From Marsupella aquatica (Eukaryota; Plantae; Marchantiophyta), in contig OZ316897.1 in the NCBI GenBank assembly GCA_973895155.1, positions 16,595,958-16,659,957 of the forward strand: 64,000 bases of DNA, read 5' to 3'. Positions 25,780 to 37,300 of the stretch are shown in pieces. Every line of letters begins with the position of its first letter. The stretch's first letter is position 1. Under the pieces are notes generated by a model. The model was given only the letters and a program-made list of their open reading frames with translations. It did no database searches and was not told where the DNA came from. A program made the position numbers and the translations under genes.

Positions 25780-26630
25780 GGGTTGTAAGGATAACTAGAA
25801 TATAAGTTAACAAAGTTTTGGGTTTAATTAAAGGTTAGGTTTATATTTTGTTTTAATGTAGGAGTATTTGGTTTAATGAAGGGGGTTAAAACTTGGGTTA
25901 GGTTGGAATAAAAGGGTTGGGTTTAAATTAATGGGTTTGGCTTAGGGTTTAAATTAATGGGTTTGGCTTAGGGTTCAAGGTAGAGGTTTGCATTAGGTTG
26001 TGAGTAATTACAGGGGTTGGGTTTGGTTTTAGTTGAGGGGTTGAATTGTGGTTATTTTTTAAAGGGATTGGGTTTGGTTTTTAGTTGGGGGGTTTAATTG
26101 TGGTTTTTTTAAAGGGGTTGGGTTTCTAATGTAAGTGTTTGGGTTGGGGTGTAACATGATATAGGGTTGGATTTGGTTCTAATTGAGGGGGTACAATTTT
26201 TGCTTAAGTTTTTAAAAAGGGCCTCAATGTAGGGGTTAGGGTGAAGTTTAGAATAACTATAGGGGTGGGGGTTGGCCTATATAGGTAAAGTAAGGTGTAG
26301 ATAGGGTAAGGGTTTTATATGTAATTGGGGGATTTGGGTTGGGTTTAGGGTAAAGGTTTGAATTTTTAATGAGGGATTTGGGTATTGGTTAGGATAAGGG
26401 TAAGGGTTTAGGGTGCTTGAGGGATTTGGGTTAGGTTTTAATGAAGGGTTTCATTTCATGGTTTGGGTTTAGGGTAGGGGTTTGGGTTTAGGGTAAAGGT
26501 TTGAATTTTTAATGAGGGATTTGGGTATTGGTTAGGATAAGGGTAAGGGTTTAGGGTGATTGAGGGATTTGGGTTAGGTTTTAATGAAGGTTTCATTTCA
26601 TGGTTTGGGTTTAGGGTAGGGTTTGGGTTA
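25780..26630 (+). repeat. G/T-rich degenerate TTTAGGG-like tract with internal duplications (~143-bp unit twice, 26341-26630)
   Basis: Many GGGTTT(A)GGG motifs with almost no C on the + strand; direct duplications visible. Confidence 0.8.
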
Positions 26631-27065
26631 CTTATATTTCTTTCTCTATCTCATTAACATGGAGTGGAAAACTCTTTGGTGTTGTAGGGCACTTCCCCAT
26701 GTTTTTTAAAGTTTTGGCTAATGCATGATCATGCCTTGCGAGAGCCCGGGCATTTGAAAGGTATTAACGTTTTCTCATGCATTTCTAGTCATTGCTGTAA
26801 ATATGGAGGGTTACAATCTATCATCCTTTTTTTCTGGTTCACCATAAGGCATGGCTTAATTCATTGTATATTGGCAGATTTTCCCCTCCTTCTTCCAGAT
26901 TTGGTTCATGAAATTTGAGCCACAAGATCCGTCAAGGCATTGCTAAGCCCGGGTCTCATAAAGGTATTTTTCTGTCAATTCTTTTTAATATGTTTAGGTA
27001 GGGATTATCAATGATGGTTTTGGTGAAGTTTTTACTAATCGCCTTCCAATTGCTATACTTGTCAG

Positions 27066-28227
27066 ATGTCTTCATCCTCTACAACTTCCACCACATCAGA
27101 TTCCTCTTCCGATGAAGAAAGTCGTCCTCCTCCTCAGCCTGAACCAACCGTACGTCGACCTAGTGGTCCACCACGCCAACTTTGTGGTTGTAAAAAATGT
27201 GTGGGGATGGTTGTCCAAAAGTCATATGTATGTGCGGAGCACATTGCTCGATATGGCCAACATCGAGGTCTTACACCGGGAGCTTCTTCATCCCGTATGG
27301 TGAGTTGTAAACTTATTGTGATTTCCATTTTATTTTGTAAATCTTGCTAGGTAGCATAAAATAAAATTTGGGAGGTTCATCACACTCACTTGGTTCCATT
27401 TCTTCCTATAGGTATCCAGTAGGCCTACACCCACTACACCAACACCCTATGTTCCCTCACAAGGAGTTCTAGATGCTATAGGCTCGGCACTTTCACAAGC
27501 TTTTCGTTTAGTGGCAGCAGGGCAAGGTAGTGTTGGGACAATTCAGGGTGACGGTATTGTTACAAGAGGGAAAAAAAAGTCAAAAAGACAGCCTAGAGGG
27601 GAAGTGGATCAGTACACTTGTAGGGTTGATGGTAGATGGGGCCCTTGTACCTTCACAGGGAAGTGTGTTCCTATCATAAAGGATTGGAATCCGGAGTGCC
27701 TTGGTTTGCCATGTGATATAACCTATGGTGAGGAGATAGAAGTTTGGGGAAGATGTTGGGTTGTCAAGAGTTTGACCCTAGGGGAGAGGCATGGGTATGG
27801 GATTTTCTCTTGTCAGGACATTATTGTGGATGATATGGGTGGAAAAGGGCGCTCTTTGGATGGACCAACGTTGTTCCCGTATGGTGGACCCATTTACAAG
27901 AGGAGACATTGGAACATGATCCTTGTTCAACACCCTGAGTGGAAGACCTATGCATTGGACATGGATACTTTTGATGGTTGCACTAGAAAGTATTGTGACC
28001 AGCGTATAATTGATGGTGATCCCATCCGTAGTGGGAATATTGCCGGTTTCATCAACAGTACTGTGGGGACCCGGCCTAAGCGTAGGAAAAACTGTGAATG
28101 GGTTTTTGTTGATGGTCCCCCTCCAGCCCCTTATGGGCAGAGATATCATCATGACCATTGTCTAGTTGTAGCTAATAGGACCATTCTGGCTGGAGAGGAG
28201 TTATTTACACATTATGAATGGGATTAG
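27066..28227 (+). CDS. Spliced ORF: transposase-associated Cys/His exon (27066-27299) plus SET-domain exon (27412-28227); putative lysine methyltransferase
   Basis: SET motifs in order: GYGIFS, FPYGG, IDG....GNIAGFINS, NC, VVANRTILAGEELFTHY-EWD-stop. Donor ATG|GTGAGT at 27300 and acceptor CCTATAG| at 27411 give an in-frame, stop-free join. Confidence 0.8.
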
Positions 28228-28379
28228 GATTACTTTAGGGACATGTATTATATGTTCATCGTATGTTAACGTATGTTTTGTAATGACATGTTCTTTTTAT
28301 ATTGTTAATAATATGTTTCGAGCACTACTATATTTGGAGTTAATTTCATTGTGAATGCTTTATTGTATATTGTCTATAG

Positions 28380-29515
28380 AATGTGCGGCCTAGTCAAGAT
28401 ATGTTGCCAAGGAGGTTGAGAGCTACATATCAAGAAATGGGCTTGCCACAAGACGGGGAAACATCATCAGCAGATTCCTCATCAAGTGACAATGATAATG
28501 ACAGTCCAGATGAAGGGGCACCTCAGACAGATTATGAGGTCATGCAAGACCAAGAGTCAGTAATGGATGACTTCATGACAGATTGGTTTGGTGTAGACAT
28601 TGGTGGTGAAGGAGGTATCCCACCCAATGAAGGAGATCCTCCACCAAATGTTGCACATGATCCAAGGCCTCAACGTACACCTAAAGGACAAAAACAATGG
28701 GAAGAAGCTGAGGCACATGCTAGAACACCTATTTATGGGGGTGCTCATTTGAATAGACTATCTGTCATCTTGGCATTGATGAATCTTCAGGCAAAACACA
28801 AGGCAAGCAATGCGCTACTATCGGATTTGTTTGCAATTTGCCATGATCTCTTGTTACCCAGTGAAAATGTGTTGCCAGGAACTTGGAAGAGGCAAAGAGG
28901 GTTCTATCATCCATTGGCATGGAATACCATATCATTCATGCTTGTGTGAATGACTGCATTCTCTATCATGAGACCAATGCCAGCGCAACTGAGTGTCCAA
29001 TTTGTCAAGAGCCTCGATATGAAACCAACATGTTGACCTCAAAGGTGCCTAGAAAAGTTGTTCGTTGGTTTCCTATTATTCCTCGATTGTTGCACATGTA
29101 CCAATGTTTTGACTTGGCAGAATTGATGGTATGGCATAAGACACATCGATCAGAGGCCGGTGTCATGCGGTTGCCAGTTGATTCCCCTGCTCACAAGCAT
29201 GTGGAGTCACAATGGCCAGAGTTTGCACGTGACCCTCGTCATGTGAGGTTGGGGTTGGCATCAGATGGGGTGAGCCCACACTCCCTTGGAGGGAAAGGGC
29301 GCCCTACTTCGGTTTGGCCGGTGGTTGTTATGAATTACAACCTTCCCCCATGGTTGTCCATGAAAAAGGGATTCTTATTGCTATCATTGATTATCCCAGG
29401 TCCATCTAAGGTAAAAAACATGGACACCTACTTGGCGCTCTTGGTTGGGGAACTCCATAAATTATGGGGGGGTGTATGGGCATATGATGGTCGGATAACT
29501 ACAGGAGGGTTACCA
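28380..29515 (+). pseudogene. CACTA-2 TnpD-type transposase exon, frameshifted near 28890 and interrupted by CACTA-3
   Basis: YHIIHACVNDCILY, CPIC, RWFPIIPRL, DPRHVRLGLASDGVSP, NYNLPPW, IPGP; acceptor TCTATAG| at 28379. Confidence 0.9.
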
Positions 29516-29921
29516 CACTAGAAGAAAATAGGGCCCTTTATGACCAATCACCCAATGACGGAGATGAATAAATGACCAAAATTTCTAATGACACAAAAAG
29601 AATGACAAGAGAATGACTGTCCAAAATGACCAATAGACTGAAATGACAAAATGTTAACTTTTGCGTCATTTTGTATAATGTTTGTAATGACTGATGCGAC
29701 CAAAATGACCCAATTTCCCTAAATGGTCAATTTAGACACATGTCTTAAATGACGCAATTAATAACAACAATGATAAATCAATGTTTAGCACCATTATAGT
29801 CACTCTGGACAATGATTGAAATGACCAAAAATTTATTTGGGTCATTTTGGTCAACGGTGATAAATGACAAAAAATGTATTTCCGTCATTTTAACCAACGG
29901 TGTTAAATGACAAAACATAGG

Positions 29922-30428
29922 GTCAATCTGAAAATGAGAATATATCAGTGTTTATAATAGCATACTGTCATTATGGACTTCTTTCATAAATGACTAACTC
30001 TAGAGTCAATCTTGAAATTAGGACATATCAGTGTTTACAATAGCATACCGTCATTATGGACTTCTTTCATAAATGACTAACTCTAGGGTCAATCTTGAAA
30101 TTAGGACATATCAGTGTTTACAATAGCATACCGTCATTATGGACTTCTTTCATAAATGACTAACTCTAGGGTCAATCTTGAAATTAGGACATATCAGTAT
30201 TTACAAGAATATACTGTCATTAATATGGACTTCTCTCATAAATGACTAACTCCATAGTCAATACTGAAACTAGGATATATCAGTGTTGACAACAACATAC
30301 TGTCATTATGGACTTGTCGCATAAATGACTAAATATAGGGTCAATCTAAAAATCATGATATATCAATGTTTACAATAACATACAGTCATTATGGACTTAT
30401 TGCATAAATGACTACTTATAGAGTCATT
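29922..30428. repeat. 83-bp tandem repeat, ~6 units
   Basis: GTCAAT unit starts at 30005, 30088 and 30171; each unit has an inverted GTCATT...AATGAC pair. Confidence 0.9.
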
Positions 30429-30529
30429 AAAGAACCCAAGAGATATGAAGATTAAAATACTCAGTAGTTATTCCATACATCGATCATAATTGTAGAGTCA
30501 TTGATATAGTTGATAACCCTTCCACTAAA

Positions 30530-33500
30530 TGCGGGACACAATACTCATCATTGTCCTCCCACTGGTTGCGGCATTAGCAATTTGAACACATGTCTTGCAT
30601 TTACTTAAGGCGTGATGCACCTAGCTTTGGGGAAATCACTCTCAAGTCATACACCTTTGGAGTGATTTGCCAGAAGTGTTACCATATATAGATGCATACT
30701 ATCGTATCCAAAGGCAAATGAAGTCTTTTTGTCTCTCCAAGAAGTAGGGCAATACCAATGGAAGTTTGTCATCCTTTGTTGTAATTGTGTCATGTTTGTG
30801 CCAATGTTTGGATGGGCAATATTTTAATTTGCAAATGAATAGTGATGGGGCATTCAAGGAGCTAGTGTAATCTTTATTGGGTCATTTCTAAAAACATTTG
30901 CATCACAAATACCAATGACTACAAGTAGGGTCATTAAATTTGTCATATGGACTGTCATATAAGTCAAGTGACTGGACTTGTGGTCATTTGTGTGGTCCCT
31001 CATGCAGTCATTAAACACAAGCACTAATGACCAGTTTGGGGCTAGGGGTTGGAGGTGGGCCCTAGAGTGCGATTGGGCCCCACATAGAGGTGAGAACCCC
31101 TCCACTGGGTGCGGGACACTATACTCATCATTGTCCAACCACTAGTTGCGACGTAAGCACTTTGGACACATGTTTTGGCATTTACTTAAGGCATGATGCA
31201 CCTTTGGGGAAATCACTCCCAAGTCGTATGACTTTGGAGTGATTTGCCAAAAGTGTCACCGTGCATGCATACCATCACATCCAAAGGCAAATAAAACTTG
31301 TTTTTTGGTTCTCCAAGAGGTGGTGTTGCACCAATGGAATGGGCAGGGGAGTCGTGCTTCTCAGTATGGTGTGGGTGCGGGTTTAGGGAAGAGGAATATT
31401 CCAACCTTGCAAGGAATCTAAAGTTGGCTCTCTTTGGAGATACTAGGGCCTTTATTGGGTCATATGTGAGCAATGGCCCGTCATAAATACCAATGACTAC
31501 AAGTAGGGTCATTAAATTTGTCATATGGATTGTCATATAAGTCAAGTGACTGGACTTGTGGTCATTTGTGTGGTCCCTCATGCAGTCATTAAACACAAGC
31601 ACTAATGACCAGTTTGGGGCTAGGGGCTGGAGGTGGGCCCTAGAGTGCGATTGGGCCCCACATAGAGGTGAGAACCCCTCCACTGGGTGCGGGACACTAT
31701 ACTCATCATTGTCCAACCACTAGTTGCAACATAAGCACTTTGGACACATGTTTTGGCGTTTACTTAAGGCATGATGCACCTTTGGGGAAATCACTCCCAA
31801 GTCATATGACTTTGGAGTGATTTGCCAAAAGTGTGTCCATGCATGCACACCATCACATCCAAAGGCAAATAAAACTTGTTTTTTGGTTCTCCAAGAGGTG
31901 GTGCTGCACCAATAGAATGGGCAGGGGAGTCGTGCTTCTCAGTATGGTGTGGGTGCGGGTTTAGGGAAGAGGAATATTCCAACCTTGCAAGGAATCTAAA
32001 GTTGGCTCTCTTTGGAGATACTAGGGCCTTTATTGGGTCATATGTGAGCAATGGCCCGTCATAAATACCAATGACTACAAGTAGGGTCATTAAATTTGTC
32101 ATATGGACTGTCATATAAGTCAAGTGACTGGACTTGTGGTCATTTGTGTGGTCCCTCATGCAGTCATTAAACACAAGCACTAATGACCAGTTTGGGGCTA
32201 GGGGCTGGAGGTGGGCCCTAGAGTGCGATTGGGCCCCACATAGAGGTGAGAACCCCTCCACTGGGTGCGGGACACTATACTCATCATTGTCCAACCACTA
32301 GTTGCAACATAAGCACTTTGGACACATGTTTTGGCGTTTACTTAAGGCATGATGCACCTTTGGGGAAATCACTCCCAAGTCATATGACTTTGGAGTGATT
32401 TGCCAAAAGTGTGTCCATGCATGCACACCATCACATCCAAAGGCAAATAAAACTTGTTTTTTGGTTCTCCAAGAGGTGGTGCTGCACCAATGGAATGGGC
32501 AGGGGAGTCGTGCTTCTCAGTATGGTGTGGGTGCGGGTTTAGGGAAGAGGAATATTCCAACCTTGCAAGGAATCTAAAGTTGGCTCTCTTTGGAGATACT
32601 AGGGCCTTTATTGGGTCATATGTGAGCAATGGCCCGTCATAAATACCAATGACTACAAGTAGGGTCATTAAATTTGTCACATGGACTGTCATATAAGTCA
32701 AGTGACTGGACTTGTGGTCATTTGTGTGGTCCCTCATGCAGTCATTAAACACAAGCACTAATGACCAGTTTGGGGCTAGGGGCTGGAGGTGGGCCCTAGA
32801 GTGCGATGGGGCCCCACATAGAGGTGAGAACCCCTCCACTGGGTGCGGGACACTATAATACTCATCATTGTCCAACCACTAGTTGCAACATAAACACTTT
32901 GGACACATGTTTTGGTGTTTACTTAAGGCATGATGCACCTTTGGGGAAATCACTCCCAAGTCATATGACTTTGGAGTGATTTGCCAAAAGTGTGTCCATG
33001 CATGCACACCATCACATCCAAAGGCAAATAAAACTTGTTTTTTGGTTCTCCAAGAGGTGGTGCTGCACCAATGGAATGGGCAGGGGAATCGTGCTTCTCA
33101 GTATGGTGTGGGTGTGGGTTTAGGGAAGAGGAATATTCCAACCTTGCAATTGCGGGTTCTCTTTGGAGGTACTAGGGCCTTTATTGGGTCATATGTGACC
33201 AATGACTTGTCATAAATGCCAATGACCAAAAGTCAAGTCATTAAAACTGTCATATGGGAAGTCATATAAGTCAAGTGACTAGACTTGTGGTCATTTGTGT
33301 GGCCCTTCATGCAGTCATTAAACAGAAGCACAAATGACAAGTTTGGGGCTAGGGGCTGAAGGTGGGCCCTAGAGTCCCATGTGGCCCCACATAGAGCTCG
33401 CAACCCCTCCACTATGTGCAAAATACTATATTTACTATTCTCCAACCACTAGTTGCACCATTAGCACCGTACCTCATGTGAGTTTTTGCGTTTACTTAAG

Positions 33501-34311
33501 GGATGAGGCAACATTGGGGAAATCACTCCCAAGTCATACAACTTTGGAGTGATTTGCCAAAAGCACCAACATGGATCATGAATATCTTATGTTCCTAAGG
33601 CAAATGGAGCCATTTGTTTAGTTCCTCAACGAGGTAGTGCAACACCAATGGGATGGGCATGGTAGTGGTGCTTCCCTCTACGGTGGACATGTGTGTTGGT
33701 TAAAGGAATAGGAATATTCCTATTTTACAAGAAATCTAAAGCGGCCTCTTTCTTGACGTACTAGGACCTTCATTGGGTCATTTTTTAACAAAGTCGTGTC
33801 ATAATTGCCAATGACTACAAGCAGGGTCATTGAATTGGTCATATGGGATGTCATATAAGGCAAATGACTGGACTTTGAGTCATTTGAGATGTCCCTAGTG
33901 CAGTCATTGGAGACAAGCATGAATGACCAATTTGGGGCTAAGGGTTGGAGGCGGGCCCTAGAGTGCCATGTGGCCCCACATAGAGCTCGCAACCCCTCTA
34001 CTAGGTGCAAAATACTATATTTACCATTCTCCAACCACTAGTTGCACCAGTAGCACTTTGGAGCTGTGTTTTGCATTTACTTTAGGCACAATGTAACTTT
34101 GGGGAAATCACTCCCAAGTCATACAACTTTGGAGTGATTTGCCAAAAGTGTCACGTACCCTGCATGCGTATGTCCTATCCAAACGGCAAACAAAAATTGT
34201 TTTTGTCTCTCCAAGAGATATATAATGCAATACTAGTGGAAGACTATGTCCTTCTATATAACTATGTCATGTTTGTGCCGATATTTGGATTTGGATATAT
34301 TCTATTAAATT
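30530..34311. repeat. ~578-bp tandem repeat (satellite-like), ~6.5 units
   Basis: Unit marker TCACTCCCAAGTC near 30637, 31213, 31791, 32369, 32950, 33522 and 34108; central units nearly identical, outer ones diverged. Confidence 0.93.
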
Positions 34312-37300
34312 TGTGATGCCTAGACAGGAATCACTCGGCCGGTTAAGTGGGTAAAGCAGGAAGGCACCCTAGGAACACCTTAGTATAGGGACAAAACAAG
34401 GAAAATATAAACAATTAGGGGCAACCATGGAACCCGGGCCGAGGCCGGAGGTAAGGCTGAGGGTGAAAACCCGATTAGGGTTAGGGCGCGTTAAGCGTCG
34501 GCGGCTAGGAAGGATCAACGGGAAGAAGGACCGGCGGAGGAGAGGGGTAAGGAGCGCTTGCAGGAGATGGTGGCTCATTTGCGAGCATGAACTAGGTAGA
34601 CGACTACGGGAGGCCAACTACTGTCAGCTGCTTAGGCAAGCACTCGGGGAGAGAGTAGATACCGACGATCGACCTAAGGAGGGTATGAGCAACGTCAATC
34701 AAGCGGCACATTTCTGGGGATGCCTATTCGAACGGGCAACTGAGTACATCAAGACTTACGAGGACGAGGAGTCAGAAAGGGCAGCTCGAGAACGGCAGGA
34801 GCTCGCTCGATTGTGGGAGCTGTAGAAGACGGCTTTCTTAGGAGGCGAACTCATCAAGGATGAGTTCCTGTGGACGCCTACTTCCAATCAACTCGACGAT
34901 CTTCTGTTTTGCAAAGACAGCGTCGTCGGCATCCGAGAGGCCATCAAGAACTGCAACGACATACACTGGGAATTAAAGGGTAGCACGGAAAGGTGGACCC
35001 AGGCAACGGTGCTAGGAGAAACCTCCACGGCAGCAGAGATGAAGAGGAAGGGAGCCGTCAACGATGAAGCCACCCCGGCAAAAAGAACGAGGTCGGCGGC
35101 ACCAAAGAAGCCAGCCGAGCAGCAGAACAGGAGGCAGGGAGAAGCCGAAGAGGAGGAGGTCGATCCCATCAAGGCCATTCCAACCAGGGATGACACCTGG
35201 AAGGGCTGGGCGGCAACCCTATCGGTGGAGGTGCAACTACATTTTGCACGGGAGGAGGATGCATGCTTTACGGCCATGCAGACCAAGAAGTACCAAGGCT
35301 TCATGGCCGGATCCGGCTTGGAGGCCTTTGTAAGATTACCATGGCTGAAGCCGGAGGTACCGGAGTCAGACCTATTAGAATTCGTGGGGTCATGGGAACC
35401 CGAGACCAATTGCACGAGGATATATGGGAAGGATTTCTATCTTACTCCCAAGGTAATTGCCGAAGTGTTTGGCCTGCCGATAGGCAATAAGACCAAAGTT
35501 GATACCAGGAAGACCTTGCCTGACAAGGAGTTCCGGTCGTTCCCCGGGCCATCAACGAAGAATGGCTTCTTCCGGAACACCTGCACCAACCCGCACATAG
35601 GAGAGATGATCGACTTCTTGCGGGTGACCATGCATTGTAACTTGCCGAGGGCAGAGATCGGCAAGGCACAGGTCTATCTGGCAGAAAGGCCAGACCCAAG
35701 CCGGGACTACAACGGGTACCTCCTCAACCAATTGAAGAAGATCTTAAAGGAGGAGCAGCAGGTAATCGGCATGGGGAGCGTGTCGCGGCTGGGCTATCAT
35801 ATGCCGCTGTTGTGCCGGTATGCCAGAGGTCAGACTTTTGCCCCGGTACTTCCCCTGTAGGTAAGGGCACCCGAGGAAGCTCCAACGCCGAGGCCGTTGG
35901 CTGAGAAGCCTCAACCACCTGTTAGTCCTACGATCGAGCAGGTGTTTAGGCCCAGGAAGGAGGACTTGCCGATGCAGCAACCAGGCATGCAGAGTCTGCT
36001 GAAACTACTGGAGAAAGAAAAGAAATCGGCATCGGCAACAACAACGGCAACGGCAACAATGCAGGACACTACTACAGAGGTAGGCCTACACCGGCTCACA
36101 AGAGAAAACCCCTTTGCTGGAGACAAGGAGAGAATCAGGCCGGAATCCAAGCCAGGTGTTCGAATGTACGTGGGAACCTCAAGCTCCGAATCTGAGGCAG
36201 AATTGCCTGAAGCTCCTACCGATGAAGAGGAGAGGGAGAAGCCGGACGTCCAAGAGGTAGAGGAGGCAGTGGAGGACTGCAGCCATGATAATTCCGGCTA
36301 TGGGTCGGACCATCACGTTCCAGGAGTAAGGACCTGTGGCCGGTTTGTCCCCACACTTCCAAGGGTAGTGCGAGGGGACCCCAACCAGCAGAGTAGCCCT
36401 GAGTCTCCCCCACCAGATGTTGCTCCCCCGAGCTTCGACGGCATAAAACAGACGGTGCAGGAATTTCAGGAGCGAATCAAGCAGGAGGAGGAGGCCGCCC
36501 TGGCTAAGGAAAAGGATTTACCAGGAGGAGATTGGCCGGAGGACATCAGGCGGCTAGCCAAAAAAGGAAGCAAACCTCTAGCCACGATTGAAGAGATCCG
36601 CAGGACGGCTTGGGAGCAGAGGCCGCGATGGGCGATGCCGATCACTTCTACTTACTCCACCTACGCTAAGAATAGAGCCATGGAGTATGGTGAGATGTGT
36701 GGGGAACTTGCGCTCGGCATCTTTGGAGAGGAGTTGGAGGTAGGACCCTTTTTCCATAGGGAGCAGTTGGAGAAGCACCAATTAGAAGAAGCGGTGGCTT
36801 TAGAGAGAAGCAAGAAGGACGAGGTCATTCGGCGGCTTAGGAGGATGGAAGCCGAGATTGAAGATCTAAGGGCGGCCAAGAAAGCCCAAGATGAACTGCG
36901 GATTAAACGACATGAGCTGAACATCATGCAGGGGCAGTTGGACACCGCGCAGGCTGATAATCAGAATATCAAGGATAAACTGACTCAGACGCAGGAAGAG
37001 TTGGTCGACACGATCAAAGAGAGGGAGAAGTGGAAGCAAGAGCTGAAGAATACAGAGGAGGCCCACATAACAGCCAACAGCCGGGCCATGGCGGAGACCC
37101 AAAGAAAGGAATGGGCGTTGAAAGGGGAGCTCGAGAAAATCCGCGGAGCCCTTGAGCAGAAGGAGGCCGAGTTAGGGAAATCCTATCAAGGGACTATGGC
37201 GCTGCAGCAGGAGCTTGCATCCCTGACGGCCAGCTTCAAGGCCGACCTAAGGGAGAAGGACGAGATGCTCGAACAGACTTACGCCAAGATGAACCAGATG

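Larger units (their letters stand above)
22492..29515 (+). mobile_element. CACTA element 2, left part (interrupted at 29516; right end not in window)
   Basis: Starts CACTACAACA, followed by dense TTGCGA/TCGCAA subterminal motifs; contains TnpD-type exons and a divergent TnpA-like gene. The TSD cannot be confirmed. Confidence 0.8.

Noticed and set aside
25780-26630. True telomere or interstitial telomeric array
   Set aside because: Too degenerate, with no run of tandem perfect TTTAGGG units, and it lies inside a CACTA element.
29922-30428. CRISPR-like appearance of short regular repeats (also 11470-11597 and 45247-45512)
   Set aside because: No unique spacers, no cas genes and a eukaryotic TE context.
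30854-34034. Repeated 167-aa ORFs (MDNDEYSVPHP...)
   Set aside because: They are translations of the 578-bp tandem unit, lack a true ATG start, have no domain signature and break in diverged units.
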